A stretch of DNA of 64,000 nt from Macrostomum lignano (taxonomy: Eukaryota): the NCBI GenBank assembly GCA_002269645.1, contig NIVC01000103.1:124001-188000 (forward strand), read 5' to 3'. Made by a program: the position numbers and the translations under genes. Positions 1-11,718 of the stretch are shown here, one piece after another; within the stretch, counting starts at the first letter, position 1, and each line of letters begins with the position of its first letter. The notes under the pieces were generated by a model. The model was not told where the DNA came from and made no database searches. It saw only the letters and a program-made list of their open reading frames with translations.

Positions 1-760
1 ATGATCTAATTGTAGAAATCTAGGTTCTACTGATGATCTTGTAGAATTCCAGTGTCTACTGATGATCTTGTAGAACTCCAGTGTCTACTGATTGATCTGG
101 TAGAACTCCAGTGTCTACTGATTGATCTTGTAGAACTCCAGTGTCTACTGATTGATCTGGTAGAACTGCATTGTCTACTGATTGATCTGGTAGAACTTCA
201 ATGTCTACTGATTGATCTTGTAGAACTCCAGTGTCTACTGAATGATTGGTAGAACTGCAATGTCTACTGAATGATCTGGTAGAACTGCAGTGTCTACTGA
301 ATGATTTGGCAGAACTCCAGGTTCTACTGATTGATCTGGTAGAACTCCAGGTTCTACTGATTGATCTGGTAGAACTCCAGTGTCTACTGATGATCTTGTA
401 GAACTCTAGGCTTTACATACTGATGATCTTGTAGAACTCTAGGCTTTACATACTGATGATCTTGTAGAACTCTAGGCTTTACATACTGATGATCTTGTAG
501 AACTCTAGGCTTTACATACTGATGATCTTGTAGAACTCCAGTGTCTACTGATTGATCTGGTAGAACTGCATTGTCTACTGATTGATCTGGTAGAACTTCA
601 ATGTCTACTGATTGATCTTGTAGAACTCCAGTGTCTACTGATTGATCTGGTAGAACTCCAGTGTCTACTTAATGATCTGGTAGACCTCCTTATATCTACC
701 AAATGATCTGGTAGACCTCTTTATCTCTACCATATGATCTAGTGGACCTACAATATCCGT
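1..760. repeat. Minisatellite, ~30-bp unit (ctactgattgatctggtagaactccagtgt), with 32-bp variants
   Basis: Direct tandem repetition; it explains ORF 52..252 (LIDLVELQCL repeats). It probably continues off the window. Confidence 0.95.
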
Positions 761-1539
761 ACTAGATGATCTGGGGACCCTCCAATATCTAGTAATTGAT
801 TTGGTAGACCTTATATCTACTAAATATTCTGCTATGTCTGCTATCTGTAAAAACTGATGTATCTAATAAACCTCTTATATCTCTACTAAATGCAGTTGAG
901 GCAACAATTACACTGTTGACTGAAGGCAGCAAACAATTTTAACAGCTTCACTACAATGATTTCAGAAGTGCAATTCACAGTTTTTTTGTGCAATTTTATA
1001 GCAGCCACTCTGTCGCACTGGAATGTATTTGAATAACTATAGTTGCAGAAAAATACACAGCGGAATTGAAGTGCATGGCCTTCCCTAAGCTGAGGATCTC
1101 TTGGCGATTCCCCTCTAGGAGCAGAAACTATACGGGACAATGGGTAGGAGCGCTGTGCAAACAAATGCATCCCTCGTCTTTCTCGAGAACTTCTATAATA
1201 AAACATTGTAAGGGCGGCAATTGGTGAGCTAAACAGGTGGCGGGACGGGTACGGATGAATGAACTGCCCCTAACAGTGAAGGGAGAGTGAGTCCTGGTGT
1301 AGTAACTGGAAGCGTGAGCGAGGACTGAGTGGGAATTAAGGGGAGGGGGGCGAAATTTTTTAGATATGCGATAAATATTTTAGTTAAAAATATTTTTCTG
1401 AAGCCAATAATATACTCGTATGCAAAATATGCGATATGACTGTGGACTATTGCAAGTACAGCAGGGAGATCTGGCCAGAGATGAAGACAGAGACTGGTTT
1501 GATTGGTACGTGCAAATTTGAATAAAATAATTGTAAGCC

Positions 1540-1981
1540 AGTCAGGAATGATGGCAGACAGTGAGGGCAGACAGTGAGTCAGGAATGATGACAGACAGTG
1601 AGTCAGGAATGATGACAGACTGTGAGTCAGGAATGATGGCAGACAGTGAGTCAAGAATGATGGCAGACAGTGAGTCAGGAATGATGGCAGGCAGTGAGTC
1701 AGGAATGATGGCAGGCAGTGAGGACAGACATTGAGTCAGGAATGATGGTAGACAGTGAGTCAGGAATGATGGCAGACAGTGAGTCAAGAATGATGGCAGA
1801 CAGTGAGTCAGGAATGATGGCAGGCAGTGAGTCAGGAATGATGGCAGGCAGTGAGTCAGGAATGATGGCAGGCAGTGAGGACAGACATTGAGTCAGGAAT
1901 GATGGTAGACAGTGAGTCAGGAATGATGGCAGACAGTGAGTCAGGAATGATGGTAGACAGTGAGTCAGGAATGATGGTAAA
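1540..1981. repeat. Minisatellite, 24-bp unit (gagtcaggaatgatggcagacagt)
   Basis: Direct tandem repetition; the SLPAIIPD and THCLPSFL ORFs derive from it. Confidence 0.95.
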
Positions 1982-2465
1982 CCGGAGACTCCAGTTGCCA
2001 AGCTACACTCTCATTGGCCAGTTGTCCCGAATCGGCCCCAACGAACCATTATTGGCTGGGAGTGAGAGGAGTGGGCAGTTGGCGTCCCCAAATTTCCCAT
2101 AAATGGCGCAACCAAGCTTTGCATTGCGATATCCCATTGTCAGAAGTTGTTTAATTTGGCAAGAATGCAAATTGCAATTGTATTGGTGCAAACAGCAATC
2201 GATGCCCATCTCAAACAGAGTGCTTGAGGCCGTGGCGTGAACTGCAGGCAAGCCTAATTCAGACAGTTGCTCAAACACTGTCACTGCTCTGTTTTCTGTC
2301 ACTCATTAGTTGTCAGGCGGAACTGGTGGACGTATTTGAGAGTGCTGCTGTATGTTGGTTGGAATTGCTTCGCTATTATTGACTGTCAGCAATTCAGACC
2401 TGCGTGCTTCAGTTACCTGTTAGAAGTGCTTGCGCAAATGGCATTGCTATTTACATGTACTTCAG

Positions 2466-2815
2466 GGCTCTACCTGTTAATCTAATAGACTAACCCAAGC
2501 TCTACCTGTTAATCCGCTAGACTAACCAAGCTCTACCTGTTAATTCGGTAAGACTAACTCAAGCTCTACTTTTTATAATCCAATAGACTAACTCAAAGTC
2601 TACCTTTAATCCAGTAGACTCACTCAAGCTCTATACTTGTTAATCCATTAGACTAAATCAATCTTTACCTGTTAATCCGGTAGACTAACCCAAACTCTAC
2701 CTGTTAAAATCCGCTAAACTAACTCAAAGTCCACCTGTTATAATCCGCTAGACAAACTCAAGCCCTACCTGTTAATCCGGTAGACTAACTCAAGCTCTAC
2801 CTATTTTTAATCCTG
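2466..2815. repeat. Degenerate ~33-35-bp tandem repeat (ctctacctgttaatccggtagactaactcaag)
   Basis: About 10 diverged copies are visible. Confidence 0.85.
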
Positions 2816-3098
2816 TTAATCTCTGTCTGGTAAATTGCCAGCCTTTTGAGCTGGTAGAATTCTCTAAGTTCTACTTTGACAATCTGGTCGATTAGTCGAA
2901 GTATAGTGTTATTTCACCGAAAATTAATATTCAATGTTGTACTTTTAAATCGCAACGAGTTCTACACAGGCGTGTTGGACACAACCAACTGATTATTGAA
3001 ATTGTTCAGCACTAAATCCGAACAAACTTTCTTGTCAGTCAAGCCTGACTGACTGACCGGTGACTGACAAGCAGGTCTGGAATTCTTATCTGTCAACC

Positions 3099-3929
<831 letters not shown>

Positions 3930-5262
3930 CACAACCTGTCTTCTCCGCCTCTTCCCCCTCCCTCAGAAGTGCCCGGGCGGCTCTTGCTGACGACAGGATG
4001 AAGAGGCCAAGAGAGAGTAATAGAGAGAGAGGCTGGGAGGAGAAAGCAAACCGACTGGACCCCTGCCGCGCTGCTAGGGGATTAAGGATCGCTTCTATCG
4101 CTGCGGCTTTTTCTGCTCCCTTTTCCGGAGCTCGCTGAGCTGCCGTTATCTCTGTCTCAGATTTCTTCTAGGGGGGGGGGAGGGCCAGTTTCTGCAACAC
4201 CGGAAGCAGCGGCAGCAGCAGTCTCGCAGGAGGGTGTTGACAGTCTATTTGGACTTTGCTTGCACAGGGCCCATCGGGCTGAGCTGATTCAGGCGGATGC
4301 CCAGAATCCTGCAGACACGCACAGCTGAACTGCCTGGTCCCAGCCTGTGCACTGCACTGCAAGAATGGGAGAATAACTCGATAATTTATTTAACACCGCG
4401 GAACAACCAGCCTCCGTTCCGGACCGACACCTTCCATCTACGCTGAGGTGCAGCGGGGATCAATTGCTGTCACCCCAGTGCTGCTGGTACAGGCATCTCC
4501 ATCAGCCTGAATCTGCTCTCCCTCATCTCTTCACGTTTGCAATTACGAGCGCATGTTTAGGCTAATAGTTTTCAATAAAAATACAATGCACTTTTTGGTT
4601 TGAGCTCCTCCCATTCAAGGCCAGGGGGAGTCCCGGGGGAATTGAAACTTGATGGAGGTGGGGCTCAAAGCGGTGCCTCAGCTCCTCTGTCACTATTGAT
4701 CAGCTGGCCAAGTCAGGGCAGAACTTCAACACGTAGAGACTGCATCGCATCCTCATAGCTTAGATGAAGGATTAGGTTGAAGCTGCGATCTTGGCTTGAT
4801 TTAAGCGCTTAAGCCACATAAGAAATGTTTTTTTAAAAAAATCGATTTTGCACTAAAGGAAGATGAGGGAATCAATGAAATGCCGGAGCGATGGAATCAA
4901 AATTTTGGAGCAAAGTTGCGTTGCTTAGTTGTTAAAGAGGGGCAGATAATGTTGACGGATTGAACAATTGAGGGAGCACCGGAGCCGTAGCCTTGCGGCC
5001 CAGGCTCGATTCCAAGTGCAGTCGCGATTGACGCCCTTGAGGTCCAACCCCCAAGGCACAGTGAAGTGTACAACATGCCTAACGATATTTACAGTTAGGG
5101 CCGCTGTGCACTCCTCTGTGAGTGTGTGCCTGCGTACGTATCCGCGCGCTTGTGTGCCTGCTCAGGGGAGTCGGCGGAATGGGCAGCAATGCCTTTCGCC
5201 GGTTGTGTGACAATGTTGCTTAAAGTGCGCCAAGGTGCACACAGCCCCTGCCTCTAAAAAAA

Positions 5263-6256
5263 TAAAAAATTGCGGGACACTAGACCTCCCTCCACATTCG
5301 GTCTCTGAGTAGGCGGGGGCAGTGGACCTCCCTCCACATTCGGTCTCTGAGTAGGCGGGGGCAGTGGACCTCCCTCCACATTCGGTCTCTGAGTAGGCGG
5401 GGGCAGTGGACCTCCCTCCACATTCGGTCTCTGAGTAGGCGGGGGCAGTGGACCTCCCTCCACATTCGGTCTCTGAGTAGGCGGGGGCAGTGGACCTCCC
5501 TCCACATTCGGTCTCTGAGAAGGGGGGGCAGTGGAGCTCCCTCCACATTCGGTCTCTAAGTAGGCGGGGGCAGTGGACCTCCCTCCACATTCGGTCTCTG
5601 AGTAGGCGGGGGCAGTGGACCTCCCTCCACATCTGGTCTCTGAGTAGGGCGGGGGCAGTGGACCTCCCTCCACATTTGGGCTCTGAGTAAGGCATGGGCA
5701 GTGGACCTCCCTCCACATTCGGTCTCTGAGTAGGCGGGGGCAGTGGACCTCCCTCCACATTCGGTCTCTGAGTAGGCGGGGGCAGTGGACCTCCCTTCAC
5801 AGTCGGGCTCTGAGTAGGGCGGGGGCAGTGGACCTCCTTTCACAGTCGGGCTCTGAGTAGGGCGGGGGCAGTGGACCTCCCTTCACATTCGGTCTCTGAG
5901 TAGGCGGGGGCAGTGGACCTCCCTTCACAGTCGAGCTCTGAGTAGGGCGGGGGCAGTGGACCTCCCTTAACATTTGGGCTCTGAGTAAGGCGGGGGCAGT
6001 GGACCTCCCTTCACATTCGAGCTCTGAGTAGGGCGGGGGCAGTGGACCTCCCTCCACATTCGGTCTCTGAGTAGGCGGGGGCAGTGGACCTCCCTTCACA
6101 GTCGGGCTCTGAGTAGGGCGGGGGCAGTGGACCTCCCTCCACATTCGGTCTCTGAGTAGGGCGGGGGCAGTGGACCTCCCTTCCCATTTGGGCTCTGAGT
6201 AAGGCGGGGGCAGTGGACCTCCCTCCACATTCGTGCTCTGAGTAGGGCGGGGACTT
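5263..6256. repeat. GC-rich minisatellite, 42-bp unit (gacctccctccacattcggtctctgagtaggcgggggcagtg)
   Basis: Tandem copies; the 14-aa periodicity MWREVHCPRLLRDR in the ORF track equals 42 bp. Confidence 0.97.
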
Positions 6257-6331
6257 CCCTGCATAGAAGGTTGTCCAAAATACCTTCGACAAAACCTTCT
6301 CATAGAAAGTTCATTTTGCACTTTCAGCACA

Positions 6332-6376
6332 ATGCAGCATCAGCATCATCACCATCAGTCTGTTTGGCCGCCGCCG

Positions 6377-6410
<34 letters not shown>

Positions 6411-6562
6411 CCACGATGGCTGAACTGCGGCGATGCCAGCAGCGAAGGCAGTCGTGCAGAGACGCCAGTCGCGACCGAGACTTCATGGTGGACCGGGAGC
6501 GCGCGCAGGCGGTCGCCAGTCAGACTTTGCCAGCACCGGCTTCAAGCTCTGGCGGCGCGGTT
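6332..6562 (+). CDS. Candidate first coding exon (His/poly-Pro-rich, 77 aa), possibly the 5' exon of the M13-like gene
   Basis: Acceptor tttgcactttcag lies just before the ATG at 6332; the segment is GC-rich and exon-like; a phase-0 donor GTT|GTAAGC at 6563 is compatible with the phase-0 acceptor at 11797. The linkage is inferred only. Confidence 0.4.
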
Positions 6563-6854
6563 GTAAGCTCCTCATGTGCTCCTCATGTTTCCCTGCCCTC
6601 CCAAACCCAGCCTCGGGCCTCAAACTGGCCGCTCCCCCACCCTATCAACACTTCAGGCAGCCTCAGCTGGGATTTCAGCGGTCGCTTAGTCACGTTTTTC
6701 AGTCCGGTGTCAGTTCGGTTTGGGTAGCGGCCAAGGAGTTTTAAAACTCTGCGTCTGGAGTGGAAATCCAAACAATAAAAAAGTCTACTTAGCTGTTTGG
6801 GCCCTTGAGTCTGGAATCTGGTTGTTCTCGTATTAGGTATTGTAAAATATGGGT

Positions 6855-9120
6855 TCTGTAGTCTGGATTCTATAAATTGATGTAACCACGCTCTGGTCGC
6901 GGGATAGGGCATGGGAACTTTTTCGAAAGTGCCTCCTATCCCGTGCACCCTCTGCACAGAGCTGTCGAGACTCGGCCAGGTCTCCGACCGGGCCTGGAGA
7001 CTCCCGCTCTGCTGCACCCCTCCTGCTGCCTTGGTCCCGTCTCTCCTGCCGCCACACCTGCCTTTCCGGAGCCCCTACCCCTTTCTGTACCTCCCCCTCT
7101 ACCCTATCTCTTCTGTTCCCGCCCTATTCTTCCTGTACTTTCTCTACCTCCTCCCTTTTTTTTGTCTCCCTCTGCACTCTTTTCCTGCGCTGTCCCCTCT
7201 TTCCCTGTGTCTACTTACAGTACTTTGTGTGCTCACCGTCTCCCCATCCCCTCTCAAACTCCCAAACGGTGACGCAAGTCGTGTGACCCCTTCTCCCCCT
7301 CGGTGACTCATCGATGACTCATCCCCCTCTCTTGCGCAACCTTTTCTCACGCTATTGTTCTCCTTCCCAAATTTCTCATGTGACACCCACCCCACCTCCG
7401 CTTCTATTGTTCTCGTTTTTGCTTCTTTTGTTCTCTCGACCCCCACCAATTATCACATTTTCTCCGATTTTCTCTTTCTTTTGTTCTCGTTTTCGCACCT
7501 AATTATCACCTTTTCTCCAATGTTTACTTTTCCATTGTTCTCAGTTTTCCCCAATTATCCCCGATTTCCAATTCCTTTGTTCTCGACCCCAGCCCTATTG
7601 TTCTCAATGTTTGCTTGCGCAACACTTTCGCGACCACCCGCTGCGCCAATTATCCCCCACCCCACCTCCGGATTGCGCAATTTCCCGATTTCTCATGTTG
7701 CTATGCCGGTCTCATGCTTCTCATCATGACTCATTCTGACGTCATTCTGCCGGCAGCCAATCAGAGAGAGGGAGCCATGGTAACGACCTTGAGGAGGCGG
7801 CTGTGAGGTCTATAAAAGGAAGCGATTTCGGCATGAGAATACTCATCTGAGTTTATCTCTGTTCCTCTCCTCGTCCTTCTTTGGACTTGCTGTCAGATTG
7901 AGTTCTGACCCATTCGTCTATAAGACGAATCCCTGCCGGTCCGCGGTCTGTTACCGCCAAGTTATCCTTAGCTCCCCAAGTGAGCTCGCCTATCGGCCAG
8001 CGGTCTGATACCGCCCAGCATCATCAGCATCGCCTGATCTACATCAGCGCCTCGTCGCTCCAGCGCATCGCCGCTTCACCGTCTGCCTGACTGCAGCCTA
8101 CAGCCGCCCTCGGTCACTCCGCCTCTCTCTCTCTCTGTGCAGCTGCCGGTAAGTTCCTGCTAATAATTTGTGCTCTAATTGCCTTTGCTTATCCGGGGTT
8201 TGCCTATTTTCCATTGTCTGATTAGAGAGCTGAGCCAATTGTGATACCGTATCTTTTGCTGTATTTTACTCAATAGTGAAGCCGCCTAATTGCCTGCTTA
8301 TTTGCCTAAGGGCCTAATTATTAACTATTAACTAACTTCATCATTATTCAATCTTTCACCATCATTTCACTCATGGCTTGCTAAGCCTTTCCCCGGGGTG
8401 GCAAAGCATAAGGAAGTTTGGGTAAGCTAATGGCCTCTCCCCGTGCACAGCCCGCCTGTGAGTGCGTGCTGCGGGGCCGCGTGTGCGTGCAGTAGAGGGA
8501 TTAGCGAGTCTTGGCACAGAATGGCAGTAGGAAGGTTGCAACCCCATGCTAACGCGTCCCTTCGCCCTGAGCAATCTAAACTGTAGATAGTACATGTTCG
8601 CCTCATACTACTCTTAGTAATCAAAGTCGCAAGTCAGCCTCGCTCACAGCCACTAAGGATCCCCTGCTGAGAAATCCTCCAGGATTGAGCCCAGAGTTCC
8701 CGATCATGCCCCAAGCAGAGTCCCTGTACTCGGCTGCATGCGTCTCCCCTGTTAGCCTAAATCCCCTGGTAACCAATCCAGGCGGGGCTCTAGCCTCGAG
8801 AGGTCTGGTAGAAAGATCCAGGTGCGCCAGGTCACATAGAGTGGTGGCAGCCACTCGGTCATACCATGACCGAGTGACCAACTATTGCACCTTGGCTACA
8901 GGTGGGGTCCATGTGGGTCCTTGGCCCTCTGGTCACGAAGCGCTACCAAAGCTACTAATCATGTGGGCGGGACAGTCTGGTGCTGGAGGTCCGTCAGGTC
9001 ATTGCCCGGTCCTAGGCAGCCTACGGTCATTGCCCCCTCTAGCCATGCGTTCGTCTCTCTACGGAGCGGACAGGCGACAAGGGCGGTTACATCAAAATTA
9101 TAGTATTCTATAAACTACAG
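6855..9120. mobile_element. 2.2-kb LTR-like or TIR-bounded element (TGTAACC at 6881 ... GGTTACA ending 9091) with an internal Pol II promoter
   Basis: The termini are inverted repeats that extend imperfectly to ~35 bp (ctgtagtctggattctataaattgatgtaacc versus ggttacatcaaaattatagtattctataaactacag). No transposase or pol ORF is recognisable and there is no clean direct TSD. Confidence 0.5.
7304..7850 (+). promoter_or_regulatory. Pol II promoter: AP-1 x3, CRE, CCAAT, TATA
   Basis: TGACTCA at 7304, 7315 and 7727; TGACGTCA at 7737; CCAAT at 7757; TATAAAAG at 7811. Predicted TSS ~7841-7844, followed by an ATG-free exon ending at the strong donor CG|GTAAGT (8149). Confidence 0.65.
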
Positions 9121-10390
9121 GATTATGTAATCTGCAGGATTCTTTAATCTGCAGGATTCCGTAATCAGATAAGATTATGTAATCTGCTGGATTTTGTAAT
9201 CTGCAGGATTCTGTAATCTGCAGGATTCCGTAATCAGATAAGATTATATAATCTGCTGGATTCTGTAATCTGAAGGATTCTGTATTCTCAAAGATTCTGT
9301 AATCTGCAGGATTCTGTAATCTGAAGAATGCTGTAATCTGCAGGATTTTGTAATCTGCAGGATTCTGTAATCTGCAGGATGCTGTAATCTGCAGGATTTT
9401 GTAATTTACGGGATTCTGTAAGCTGAAGGATTCTGTAATCTGAAGGATTCTGTAATCTGAAGGGTTATGTAATCTGCAGGATTCTGTAATCTGAAGGATT
9501 CTGTAATCTGCGGGATTCTGTAATCTGAAGGATTCTGTAATCTGCGGGATTCTGTAATCTGAAGGATTCTGTAATCTGCGGGATTCTGTAATCTGCAGGA
9601 TTCTGTAATCTGAAGGATTCTGTAATCTGCGGGATTCTGTAATCTGCAGGATGCTGTAATCAGATAAGATTATGTAATCTGCAGGATGCTGTAATCTGAA
9701 GGATTCTGTAATCTGCGGGATTCTGTAATCTGAAGGGTTATGTAATCTGCAGGATTCTGTAATCTGCGGGATTCTGTAATCTGCGGGATTCTGTAATCTG
9801 CAGGATGCTGTAATCAGATAAGATTATGTAATCTGCAGGATGCTGTAATCTGAAGGATTCTGTAATCTGCGGGATTCTGTAATCTGAAGGATTCTGTAAT
9901 CTGCGGGATTCTGTAATCTGAAGGGTTATGTAATCTGCAGGATTCTGTAATCTGAAGGATTCTGTAATCTGCGGGATTCTGTAATCTGCAGGATGCTGTA
10001 ATCTGCAGGATTATGTAATCTGCAGGATGCTGTAATCTGAAGGATTCTGTAATCTGCGGGATTCTGTAATCTGAAGGATTCTGTAATCTGCGGGATTCTG
10101 TAATCTGCAGGATGCTGTAATCAGATAAGATTATGTAATCTGCAGGATGCTGTAATCTGAAGGATTCTGTAATCTGCGGGATTCTGTAATCTGAAGGATT
10201 CTGTAATCTGCGGGATTCTGTAATCTGAAGGGTTATGTAATCTGCAGGATTCTGTAATCTGAAGGATTCTGTAATCTGCGGGATTCTGTAATCTGCAGGA
10301 TGCTGTAATCTGCAGGATTATGTAATCTGCAGGATGCTGTAATCTGAAGGATTATGTAATCTGCAGGATTCTGTAATCTGGATTCTGTAA
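9115..10390. repeat. Minisatellite, 17-bp unit (ctgtaatctgcaggatt)
   Basis: Direct tandem repetition of many variant units. Confidence 0.97.
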
Positions 10391-10667
10391 ATACAAATAT
10401 AGACGACGTAATTTGGATCTGTAAAATCAAATAAATAATCTTTAATCCGTAATTTCAATTCTGTAACTCAAGATATTTTTGCTAACCAGAAAGCTAAATC
10501 CGTAAGATGAAATGCAAGACTTTTTACTAACCAAGTTTTTCGTGAAAATTTCCGAACTCCACGATCCCAGAAAGAGTTGGCGATCGGAGACAGACACGTG
10601 GCACGGGTGTCCAGTTTCAGCTTCCAACCGGCCACCGCCGGGCCGCCGGTCTTCTTCCCTTTCTTAG

Positions 10668-10941
10668 AAATGGCAAACACAAATAAGGTTGTCAGAAAAA
10701 GCGAGAGGCACCGAAGGAAAAGCAGACACTGGACTGGGGCACCAGGCGGCTGCGGTGGTGGCAGCTGGGCGATGGCCTGTCAGGGCAACTGTTCTCCACT
10801 CGTCTGCCGCGCCAAGTAGCTCCGCCCGCCTGCCGCCCCGCTGCGGCAGCTGTCACTTCGCGGACACGTCAGTCCTGACCGCCCCGCCCCCACCGCCGTC
10901 GCCACCAGCAGCTTCCAGCCTCCTTTCCCCATCTGCTCTAG
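10668..10941 (+). other. Possible GC-rich exon (function unclear)
   Basis: Good acceptor cttccctttcttag at 10667, open frame KWQTQIRLSEK...SPSAL, donor G|GTGTGA. Its phase does not join cleanly to the 11797 acceptor. Confidence 0.25.
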
Positions 10942-11189
10942 GTGTGAAGGCGGTGGTACCACGATCCTCTGCTTATTGTAAAGCAATTGGAACTAATTTT
11001 TTTGGTAATGGAGAGTTTCTTGTTGCGTAATACCAACTGACAAATGCACGCTCAAAGTGACTGTCAGAATCAAGGATTCTATTCAGATTTTCTGCAATGA
11101 AAATAGCAAGGAGCTGTTGAGGAAGTGACTTTCAGTTATATCTTATTTGATCTCTAGCTTAAATTTGAGTCTCTCAGGTTGTGAATTCA

Positions 11190-11703
11190 ATTGGTTTGGC
11201 TTTCATATTGGTTTGTGTTCTATATTGGTTTGTGTTCCATATTGGTTTGGGTTCCATATTGGTTTGGGTTTCATATTGGCTTGTGTTCCATATTGGTTTG
11301 TGTTCCAGGTAACTTGGGTTCCAGGTAACTTGGGTTCCAGGTAACTTGGGTTCCAGGTAACTTGGGTTCCAGGTAACTTGGGTTCCAGGTAACTTGGGTT
11401 CCAGGTAACTTGGGTTCCAGGTAACTTGGGTTCCAGGTAACTTGGGTTCCAGGTAACTTGGGTTCCAGGTAACTTGGGTTCCAGGTAACTTGGGTTCCAG
11501 GTAACTTGGGTTCCAGGTAACTTGGGTTCCAGGTAACTTGGATTCCAGTAACTTGGGTTCCAGGTAACTTGGGTTCCAGGTAACTTGGGTTCCAGGTAAC
11601 TTGGGTTCCAGGTAACTTGGATTCCAGTAACTTGTGTTCCAGGTAACTTGGGTTCCAGGTAACTTGGGTTCCAGGTAACTTGGGTTCCAGGTAACTTGGG
11701 TTC
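11190..11703. repeat. Short degenerate repeat (atattggtttgtgttcc) grading into a 16-bp minisatellite (ccaggtaacttgggtt)
   Basis: Period 16 counted directly (ccagg at 11305, 11321, 11337, 11353). Confidence 0.95.
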
Positions 11704-11718
11704 AAACTCCTGACTAAG

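Noticed and set aside
4150-4370. Minus-strand Cys-rich peptide (TVNTLLRDCCCRCFRCCRNW) and a nearby acceptor-like site
   Set aside because: An in-frame stop lies immediately upstream, I could build no consistent exon chain, and no family is recognisable. It may still be a fragment of a gene extending left.
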